Below are positions 8,564-17,610 of a stretch of 32,000 nt of DNA, piece by piece. The position numbers were made by a program, and so were the translations under genes. Source of the stretch: Phycisphaera mikurensis NBRC 102666 (lineage in GTDB: Bacteria > Planctomycetota > Phycisphaerae > Phycisphaerales > Phycisphaeraceae). Under the pieces are notes generated by a model. The model saw nothing but the letters and a program-made list of their open reading frames with translations, made no database searches and was not told the origin of the DNA. Every line of letters starts with the position of its first letter. Positions within the stretch are counted from its first letter, which is position 1. Location: the NCBI RefSeq assembly GCF_000284115.1, contig NC_017080.1, positions 1,110,001 through 1,142,000 of the forward strand. The letters run 5' to 3'.

Positions 8564-8612
8564 AGAAGACGGGGTGGGCCGGAGCGGCACCCCGCAGAAG
8601 TCAATACGTAAA

Positions 8613-8640
8613 AGCTTAGCGGGTTTTCCGCAGCATGCAA
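8613..8640 (-). promoter_or_regulatory. Candidate sigma70-like promoter for LacI-1 and its operon (TTGCAT-N16-TAAGCT on the minus strand)
   Basis: This is the only AT-rich island (about 8598-8660) in the 387-bp intergenic region. On the minus strand, TTGCAT is at 8640-8635 and TAAGCT at 8618-8613, with a 16-nt spacer. The geometry matches the candidate promoter upstream of LacI-2. Confidence 0.35.
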
Positions 8641-8785
8641 GCCGCCTCGGCCCGATTTTTGAGCGGCGTGCGGCGTGCGGCGGCCGGTGCCGGTGCGGGC
8701 CGCCTCCGCTTCGCGCGGAGCCCCGCGGCCCTCCCGGTGTCGACCCGCGGGCTCCGCCCCGGCGGGCGTCGCGGGCCGGCCGGCT

Positions 8786-8826
<41 letters not shown>

Positions 8827-8831
8827 TCTTC

Positions 8832-8877
8832 CCGCGGACCGCGGCTTCCTACCGCCCCCCGCGCCCGCGGTCCGCGG
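8832..8877 (-). terminator. REP-like palindrome, copy D (CCGCGGACCGCGG-N20-CCGCGGTCCGCGG); likely 3' hairpin of the CDGSH gene
   Basis: Perfect 13-bp inverted arms at 8832-8844 and 8865-8877. The element ends 3 nt 3' of the stop codon at 8880-8882. It shares the CCGCGGACCG core with copies A-C. No U-tract follows. Confidence 0.5.
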
Positions 8878-8879
8878 CG

Positions 8880-9170
8880 TCAGTCCTCGTCCCGCACCTC
8901 GACGACGCGCTTGTTGTCCCGGTCGTAGACGTGGAGCTTGCCGGCCTCCTCGCCCTCGGTCTTGGGGCACTTCTTGTGGCTGCCGTCGCAGAGCGGGAAG
9001 GTGCGGCTGAGCCCGCAGGTGCAGACCCAGACGGACCGGTCGGAGGGCTTGATCTCGACGGGCTTGGTGCCCTCGAGGCGGACGAGGCGGGCGATGGGTG
9101 GCTCCTTGCGTGGGAGGGCGTGCGCGTGGGGATCTACGGTACGGGGCGTCGCCGTGGCCGCACCTCCCAC
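8880..9170 (-). CDS. CDGSH-type iron-sulfur domain protein
   Basis: The C-terminal motif VCTCGLSRTFPLCDGSHKK matches the CDGSH 2Fe-2S signature C-x-C-x2-S-x3-P-x-C-D-G-S-H. The track ORF (to 9770) is antisense to alr upstream of about 9180. The first plausible in-frame starts before the domain are GTG at 9170 and TTG at 9176; no start codon lies closer to the motif. Confidence 0.7.
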   Translation of the reverse strand: MGGAATATPRTVDPHAHALPRKEPPIARLVRLEGTKPVEIKPSDRSVWVCTCGLSRTFPLCDGSHKKCPKTEGEEAGKLHVYDRDNKRVVEVRDED

Positions 9171-10329
9171 CTCCAACTCGTGGCTGGAGGTGGACCTCGC
9201 GGCGGTGGAGGCCAACGCGCGGGTGCTGGCCGCGGCGGCGCCCGCGGCGTCGCTCTGCGGGGTCGTGAAGAAGGACGCATACGGGCTGGGCGGGCCGGCG
9301 GTGGGGCGGGCGCTGGAGGCGGCGGGGGCGGGGATGCTGGCGGTGTACGAGCCGCGGGAGGCGCTGGCGATCGCCGAAGCGGGCGTCGGGCTGCCGTTCC
9401 TCGTGCTGCACGGCACGCTCGCGGCGGGTGATCCGTGGGCGGCCCTGGCGGAGGCGGGACGGCTGGAGTTCCAGGCGGGGGACGGCGAGCTGCTGGACGC
9501 GCTCGACGCGGAGGGACGGCGGCGGGGGATCCGGCTGCCGGTCCATGTCCACGCCGACACCGGGATGAGCCGGGAGGGGATGCCGGGGCCGGCGGCGGTG
9601 GACGCGGTGCGGGGGATCCCCGCGCGGGCCGGGCTGCGGCTGGCCGGGGTGATGACCCACCTCGCGACGGCCGATTCGGACGCCCGCCGGGCGGCCGGGC
9701 AGGTCGCGGCCTTCGACCGGCTGCTCGCGCAGATGGAGCTGCCGGAACACGCGGTGGTCCACCTGTGCAACTCGTACGCAGCGATGCGGGAGCCGGCTTG
9801 GCACCGGCGGATGATCCGGCCGGGGATCGGCCTGTACGGCTACGCCGAGCCCACCCTGGACCGCGGGGAGCGCTGGGAGACGGACGCCCGGCTCCGGCCG
9901 GTGGCGCGGTGGGTGTCGCGGATCGCGCGGGTGCTCGACGCGAGCGCCGGCGCACCGGTGGGCTACGGGGCAACCGAGTCGCTGGAGAAGGACACGCGGC
10001 TGGGGCTCGTGCCGGTGGGCTACGCGGACGGCTACCCGCTGGCGCTCTCGGGGCGGGGCGTCGTGCGGGTGGGAGGTGCCGAATGCCGCGTCGTCGGGCG
10101 GGTGAGCATGGACCAGGTGATGGTCGACCTCTCGGCCGCCCCGGGGGCCGGGCCGGGGGCGGAGGTGGAGGTGTACGGCAACGACCCCGCGGCCCCCAAC
10201 GCCCTCCCGCGGATGGCCGCCGCGGCGGGCAGCCACGCCTACGAGCTGCTCACGCGGATCCACCCGCGGGTGGAGCGGCGGCACGCGGTCGCGCGGCCTG
10301 GATTTGGTGACCCGCCCGATGCGGGTTAG
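9154..10329 (+). CDS. alr: Alanine racemase
   Basis: Motifs: SWLEVDLAAVEANARVL; the PLP-lysine motif GVVKKDAYGLGG (compare VVKANAYGHG); GRVSMDQVMVDL; and YELLTRIHPRV near the C-terminus. The start is ambiguous. GTG at 9154 gives a canonical N-terminal length, while ATG at 9094 is also in frame. The track start at 8938 is antisense to the CDGSH coding sequence. Confidence 0.85.
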   Translation: MAAPPTSNSWLEVDLAAVEANARVLAAAAPAASLCGVVKKDAYGLGGPAVGRALEAAGAGMLAVYEPREALAIAEAGVGLPFLVLHGTLAAGDPWAALAEAGRLEFQAGDGELLDALDAEGRRRGIRLPVHVHADTGMSREGMPGPAAVDAVRGIPARAGLRLAGVMTHLATADSDARRAAGQVAAFDRLLAQMELPEHAVVHLCNSYAAMREPAWHRRMIRPGIGLYGYAEPTLDRGERWETDARLRPVARWVSRIARVLDASAGAPVGYGATESLEKDTRLGLVPVGYADGYPLALSGRGVVRVGGAECRVVGRVSMDQVMVDLSAAPGAGPGAEVEVYGNDPAAPNALPRMAAAAGSHAYELLTRIHPRVERRHAVARPGFGDPPDAG

Positions 10330-10401
10330 GGTTTGACCGTCCGCAGCGAGCGGCGCCGGTGAGAAGAGAAAGATCCTTTCAAGAAGCGAGAACCGAAGAA
10401 G

Positions 10402-12084
10402 ATGATGCGTCGCCCCCTGCCGACCGGTGCCCTGCTCGTCGCCGCCTGCTCAATGGGGGGCGGGGCGTTCGCCCAGGCCGCCATCACCGCCCAGGGCAAC
10501 GTCCGCGTGGATCAAAACGCCGTCAGCGGCTCGTTGAGCAACCCGCTGTCGGCCGCGGGCGTGGGGGTGGGCGACCCCAACGGCTCCAACGCGGCCGCTT
10601 CGGGCAGCCTGAGCCTCGCGGGCGGCGCCTCCGCGACGGTCCAGCAGACCTTCTTGGCCAACTTCTTCGGATCGCGCACCGGCGTGCTCGACGTGCGCGG
10701 GTTCGGGACCGCGTACGGCGGCGGCGACCTCGCGGCGGGCGGGGGCGACGGCCGCGGCGTGCTGCGGGTGCTCGACGGCGGGCTGGTGGACCTCGACGGG
10801 CGGATCGACCTCGGTTCCTTCCAGGGCGGCGGCTCGGGCATCCTGCAGATCGACGGCTTCGCGGAGGTGGAGGCGACCTCGGCCGGCTTCCTCCGCGGCC
10901 GCGGCGACGTCACCGGCGGCGGCGTGCTGGACCTGGGCTTCGGCGGCCTGACCCTGGGCGACGGCGGCTCCTTCGACCTGTCGCTGGACACCGGCGGCGA
11001 GCTGCGGGTCGGCACCCTCCAGGTCGGCTCGACCAACGGCGGCGTCGGCAGCACGCTCCGCCTCGGCGACGACGCGGTCGCCCGTCTCGGGGCCGGCCAG
11101 GTGAACGCCGGCAGCCGGGTGGAGATGGCGGGCGGCACGATCCGCACCGACTTCCTGCTCCTGAGCGGCGGGGCGTTGGAGGGTTCCGGCCGCTTCGAGG
11201 GCGAGCTGCGGGTTTTGGACGGTGCCGGTTCCCGCGGGCGGGTCTCGGTCGCCGCGGGCGAGCGGCTGGCCGTGCAGCGGCCCGGGCAGTTCATCACCGC
11301 GATCGACAACGCGGGCCTCGTCGAGAACGGCGGCGTGCTGGACCTGGGCGGCGCGACCTTTGTCAACAACCAAAGCGGCTCCTACCTCGGCCGCGGCGGG
11401 ACCTTCCGCGGGTTCGAGTTCCAGAACGAGGGCCAGGACGCGGCGGTGGACCTGCTGTCGGGGGCCAACACCTTCGACGCGGACTTCATCAACAGCCAGA
11501 ACCGCCGGGTGACGGTGACCGGCGGGGCGACGGCCGCGTTCCAGCAAGACGTGGTGAACCAGGGCCTTGTCCGCGTCGACCCCGGCAGCCAGGCCACCTT
11601 CGTGGGCACCTACAGCGGTGCCGGCGACCTGCTCGGCGGCGGCGGCGTGACGTTCCTGGGCGACGTGCAGATCGGCAACAGCCCGGCGGTCGTCAACGTG
11701 GGCGTCGCGTCCACGTTCGCCAGCACCAGCACCTTCGAGATCGAGATCGGCGGCACCGACCGCGACGCCGAGGACTTCGACGGCGTCAACTTCCTGACCG
11801 GCGGGTCCTACGACTTCCAGGGCGGGACGCTGGACGTGAAGACCTTCGGCGGCTTCGCGCCCGAGAACGGCGACACCTTCGAGATCTTCCGCTTCGAGTC
11901 CTTCGCGATGATCCCGGTCACCGGCGGATTCGGCGACGTCGTGCTGCAGCAGCTCGGCGGCGGGCTCTCCTTCGACGTGTCGAACCTGCTCGTCGACGGC
12001 ACGATCACGGTCGTGCCCGAGCCGGCCTCGGCGGCCCTGCTGCTCGCCGGCACCGGCCTGCTGCTCCGACGCCGCCGGGCGTAG
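10402..12084 (+). CDS. PEP-CTERM sorting-domain protein with beta-helix (autotransporter-associated beta-strand repeat-like) passenger
   Basis: Signal peptide MMRRPLPTGALLVAACSMGGGAFAQA. Gly-rich repeats recur throughout (GGVLDLG, GGTIRTDFLLLSGGALEGSGRFEGEL and similar). The C-terminus is VVPEPASAALLLAGTGLLLRRRRA. A purine-rich, AT-richer leader lies at 10359-10401. Confidence 0.85.
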   Translation: MMRRPLPTGALLVAACSMGGGAFAQAAITAQGNVRVDQNAVSGSLSNPLSAAGVGVGDPNGSNAAASGSLSLAGGASATVQQTFLANFFGSRTGVLDVRGFGTAYGGGDLAAGGGDGRGVLRVLDGGLVDLDGRIDLGSFQGGGSGILQIDGFAEVEATSAGFLRGRGDVTGGGVLDLGFGGLTLGDGGSFDLSLDTGGELRVGTLQVGSTNGGVGSTLRLGDDAVARLGAGQVNAGSRVEMAGGTIRTDFLLLSGGALEGSGRFEGELRVLDGAGSRGRVSVAAGERLAVQRPGQFITAIDNAGLVENGGVLDLGGATFVNNQSGSYLGRGGTFRGFEFQNEGQDAAVDLLSGANTFDADFINSQNRRVTVTGGATAAFQQDVVNQGLVRVDPGSQATFVGTYSGAGDLLGGGGVTFLGDVQIGNSPAVVNVGVASTFASTSTFEIEIGGTDRDAEDFDGVNFLTGGSYDFQGGTLDVKTFGGFAPENGDTFEIFRFESFAMIPVTGGFGDVVLQQLGGGLSFDVSNLLVDGTITVVPEPASAALLLAGTGLLLRRRRA

Positions 12085-12090
12085 AGACGG

Positions 12091-12129
12091 CACCGGAAGG
12101 CCCGTCGCGACGCGACGGGCCTTCCGGTG
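12091..12129. terminator. Perfect 39-nt palindrome (19-bp arms, 1-nt centre) at a convergent gene junction
   Basis: CACCGGAAGGCCCGTCGCG-A-CGCGACGGGCCTTCCGGTG begins 7 nt after the stop of the + strand PEP-CTERM gene (12084). It can fold on either strand. No U-tract follows. Confidence 0.6.
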
Positions 12130-12221
12130 CGGGCCACGGCGGCGCCAACCCGCGGCGCGGCCGCTGCGCGAGGCCCAGACGGCCTCGCGTCGCGCTTGGG
12201 CTTTCAGGTGCGTCTCTCCGA

Positions 12222-12269
12222 GCCGCGGACCGCGGCCCGGAACCGCGCCGATCGGCGGCGGTCCGCGGC
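12222..12269 (-). repeat. REP-like palindrome, copy E (GCCGCGGACCGC-N24-GCGGTCCGCGGC)
   Basis: Perfect 12-bp inverted arms at 12222-12233 and 12258-12269. The element ends 6 nt 3' of the stop of the minus-strand small gene (12275). Confidence 0.65.
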
Positions 12270-12274
12270 CTCGC

Positions 12275-12478
12275 TCAGCCCTTCCGGTTCTTGATCGCCC
12301 GCCTGATCGGCTCGCGGAACACGAAGGCCGCGACGCCGGCGGCCAGCGGGAGGGCCAGCCAGAGCAGGTGGTGCAACGCGCCACCGACGGCGGCGGCGTG
12401 GTCGTGGCCGGGGTGCGCGAGGGCGGCGGGGGCGGCGACGAGCAGGACGGAGGTGGCGGCGGTGAGGCGGGTGGTCAT
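12275..12478 (-). CDS. Small (67 aa) secreted/membrane-anchored His-rich protein
   Basis: Sequence: MTTRLTAATSVLLVAAPAALA|HPGHDHAAAVGGALHHLLWLALPLAAGVAAFVFREPIRRAIKNRKG. It reads as a signal peptide, then an HPGHDH cluster, one TM helix and a basic tail. Third codon positions are almost all G/C, as in the real genes here. Confidence 0.6.
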   Translation of the reverse strand: MTTRLTAATSVLLVAAPAALAHPGHDHAAAVGGALHHLLWLALPLAAGVAAFVFREPIRRAIKNRKG

Positions 12479-12544
12479 CGGGAGGTCCGGGCGGGTCGGG
12501 TTCGCAGGCGCCGGATCGTAGGGCTGCGCCGCACGCCGCGTTGC

Positions 12545-13555
12545 TCAGTGCAGGGGGTCTTCGCGGAGCATCCGGGTGTCGAGCGCCCACAGGCGGTCGG
12601 TGAAGCCGGTGTTGCCCCTGTCCCGCTCCACGGCCTGCATCGTCATCGCCATCTTCGCGTCGAGGTTGTCGAGCATCGAGACGAAGAGGGCCTCCGGCGT
12701 CGAGGGGATCTTCGCGGCGCCGAAGTCCGGCTGGCCGTGGTGCGAGATGACGATGTGGCGCAGCACCATGGCGGCCTTCTCCGGGACCGGCACCGCGGCG
12801 TCGCCGATCTCCTCCTTGAGCCGCGGATCGGCGCAGGCGGCGATCTTCGCGTCGAGCATCGACATGCCGCCGACGAGGTGGCCGATCAGGTTGCCCGCGT
12901 CGGTGTAGCCGAAGCCCTGCTTCCAGGTCAGCTCCTCGACCTTGCCCAGGTCGTGGACGAAGAGGCCCATGAGCACGAGGTCGCGGTTGAGGCCGGGGTA
13001 CAGCCCGACGAGCCGGTCGCCGGCGGTCATCAGGTCCAGCGTGTGCTCGAGCAGGCCGCCGAGCCAGGCGTGGTGCATCACCTTCGCCGCGGGCGCCTCG
13101 CAGAAGGCGCCCATCAGCTTCTGATCCTCCAAGAAGCGGTCACGCAGGCACTTCATCGCCGGGTTCTCGAGCGTGGCGAGCAGGCCCAGCACGTCCTGGA
13201 ACATCCGATCGACGTCCTTGTTCGAGGTCGGCAGCAGCTGGGCGAGGTCCTCGGCGTTGGGCTCGGCGGGCTCGATGCGGTCGAGCACGACCTGCATCTC
13301 GCCCTGGTAGACGCTGGTCTTGCCCTTGACCCACACGAAGCCGTCGCTGCCCAGCGATGCGGCCTTCTTCTCGTCGACGGACCACATCCGCATGGGGGCC
13401 CGGCCGGTCTTGTCCGAGAGCGTGCCCTTGAGGAAGTCCTTGCCGGCGCGGGTCTGGCCGACGCCCAGGCCGTTGGCGGCGTACACGCCCTCGATGCTTC
13501 CGTTGGCGGTCCACTCGGCGACGGGCACGCGTTGATTCTGGTTCTGGGCAGGCAT
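12545..13555 (-). CDS. OB-fold + HD-domain phosphohydrolase (YhaM-like 3'-5' exoribonuclease family)
   Basis: An N-terminal OB-like segment (GTLSDKTGRAPMRMWS...VYQGEMQVVLDRIE) is followed by HD-domain motifs HHAWLGGLLEHTL, LFVHDLGK and ISHHG. Confidence 0.8.
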   Translation of the reverse strand: MPAQNQNQRVPVAEWTANGSIEGVYAANGLGVGQTRAGKDFLKGTLSDKTGRAPMRMWSVDEKKAASLGSDGFVWVKGKTSVYQGEMQVVLDRIEPAEPNAEDLAQLLPTSNKDVDRMFQDVLGLLATLENPAMKCLRDRFLEDQKLMGAFCEAPAAKVMHHAWLGGLLEHTLDLMTAGDRLVGLYPGLNRDLVLMGLFVHDLGKVEELTWKQGFGYTDAGNLIGHLVGGMSMLDAKIAACADPRLKEEIGDAAVPVPEKAAMVLRHIVISHHGQPDFGAAKIPSTPEALFVSMLDNLDAKMAMTMQAVERDRGNTGFTDRLWALDTRMLREDPLH

Positions 13556-13693
13556 CCGGAGAAGGTAGCGGGCGCTTCAACCCGGCCCGGTCCAGCGGCG
13601 TGCTGTTCCGCCTGTGCCGGCTGGGCGGCTTCGGCGTGCCCGCGACCACCCCGCAGCGAGCCGCGGCGCTGGACGCCGGCGGCGGCGCTCTCG

Positions 13694-14521
13694 ATGCAGG
13701 AGGCCGTGGACGACTTCTGTTGGTTCGGCATCGCGGTGATGGTTTCGGTCGCCGGGTGGATGCTCGGCCGCCGGGCCGGCTCCGCTGGCGACCGCACCGC
13801 CCGCCTCGCCGCGATCCTCGGCGTCGTGCTGTTGATCGCCTGGACGTGGCTGCTGCGGCACCCCGCCGTCGGCGTGCGGCTCGTGCCGGTCTCGCTGCTG
13901 GCCCGCGTGGAGGGCACCGGCTCGGTTCCGATGTTCGCGCTGATCCTGGGCGTCTGCTGGGAGCGGGCCCGGGTCGCCCGCCAGCGGGCGGTGGTCGGCT
14001 GGGCCGTCGCGTTGGGCATCGTCTACCTGGCCAACGGCGGCGGCTGGCTGCTGCAGCAAACCCCCGACGCGGTGATGGGGCGGAGCACGCGGGCGACCGG
14101 GAGCGAGGCGCTGGTGATGCAGAGCCAGGACTTCTCCTGCGTGCCCGCCGCATGCGCGACGCTGCTCCGCCGGTGGGGGGAGCCGGCGAGCGAGGCGAAC
14201 ATGGCGAGGCTGACCCGGACGCGCGCGGGCAGCGGCTCGACGATGCTGCGCGCCCTCGAGGGACTCTCCGAGCGGCTCGCCGGGGCGGACCTGCGGCCGG
14301 TGCTGCTGCAGGTCGACTACGCCGATCTCGTCCGCCTGCCGATGCCGCTGATCACGCCGCTGCAGAACGAGGCCTCGCGGCGCCACATGGTCGCGATCGA
14401 CCGGCGCGTCGCCGCGGGCTACGTGCTGCTGGATCCGATCGACGGCGTGTACTGGATCGGCGACGACCAGCTCGCGTCGAGCTTCATCGGCCAGGTGATC
14501 GTGCTCGAAGAACGGCGTTGA
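13694..14521 (+). CDS. Membrane-anchored peptidase C39-like (papain-fold cysteine peptidase) domain protein
   Basis: ORF 12368..14521 trimmed to the ATG at 13694, because the upstream part is antisense to the YhaM-like gene. About four hydrophobic helices include FCWFGIAVMVSVAGWML, AILGVVLLIAWTWLL, VPMFALILGVCW and VVGWAVALGIVYLA. They are followed by QSQDFSCVPAACATLLRRWG (Q...C), RRHMVAI (His) and LLDPIDG (Asp), the order seen in C39 domains. Confidence 0.7.
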   Translation: MQEAVDDFCWFGIAVMVSVAGWMLGRRAGSAGDRTARLAAILGVVLLIAWTWLLRHPAVGVRLVPVSLLARVEGTGSVPMFALILGVCWERARVARQRAVVGWAVALGIVYLANGGGWLLQQTPDAVMGRSTRATGSEALVMQSQDFSCVPAACATLLRRWGEPASEANMARLTRTRAGSGSTMLRALEGLSERLAGADLRPVLLQVDYADLVRLPMPLITPLQNEASRRHMVAIDRRVAAGYVLLDPIDGVYWIGDDQLASSFIGQVIVLEERR

Positions 14522-14532
14522 AGCCCGGGGTT

Positions 14533-14561
14533 TTGCACAAAACCGGCCATACCTTTATGTT
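14533..14561 (+). promoter_or_regulatory. Candidate sigma70-like promoter for ppdK (TTGCAC-N17-TATGTT) in an AT-rich island
   Basis: TTGCAC lies at 14533-14538 and TATGTT at 14556-14561. The island (14527-14565) is the only AT-rich stretch between the C39 stop and the ppdK start (14718). A small hairpin, GGTTTT-GCAC-AAAACC (14529-14544), overlaps the -35 and may terminate the C39 gene. Confidence 0.35.
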
Positions 14562-14717
14562 TTCGGCTGCGCTCCGCCTGCGCCGCCGGGCGTCCCGCGC
14601 GTCCCGCGCGAGGCGGGCGCCGGGCTCGGCACCGCGCCCGCCCGGCGGCCGCGTTCCGGGTGGACGGACTGCGGACGCTCCGCACGCCCCCGAACCTTTT
14701 TCCCCGACGATCTCGAT

Positions 14718-17435
<2,718 letters not shown>

Positions 17436-17491
17436 TCCCGCCCGCCGCCCGCGCCGCGCTCCGACCCCGCCCGCGGCGGGATGACGACTCC

Positions 17492-17531
17492 GCAGCGAAG
17501 AGGCCGCCCGAGCGGGCGGCCTGTTCGCTGC
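17492..17531. terminator. Long hairpin at the convergent ppdK / GH36-like junction
   Basis: GCAGCGAAGAGGCCGCCCG (17492-17510) pairs with CGGGCGGCCTGTTCGCTGC (17513-17531) as 19-bp arms with one mismatch. It lies 57 nt after the ppdK stop and 80 nt after the minus-strand stop at 17611. Confidence 0.6.
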
Positions 17532-17610
17532 GCAGCCCGCTCACCTGCGCGGCGGCATCCGCCCGGGCCGCGGCCGGGAACGCGGCGAGGCAACCCGGTG
17601 GGCTGCGGGC

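Noticed and set aside
10359-12521. 720-aa + strand ORF and 644-aa minus-strand ORF (10450..12384) overlapping the beta-helix PEP-CTERM gene
   Set aside because: They occupy alternative frames of a gene whose chosen frame has a signal peptide, a repeat structure and a canonical PEP-CTERM tail. The alternatives are Arg/Pro-rich.
17436-17610. Small ORF 17481..18008 (+), and a possible small RNA or tRNA in the ppdK downstream spacer
   Set aside because: The ORF is Arg/Pro-rich and runs antisense into the GH36-like gene. No tRNA-like T-arm or anticodon-arm pattern was visible here or in any other spacer. The spacer is explained by terminator hairpins.
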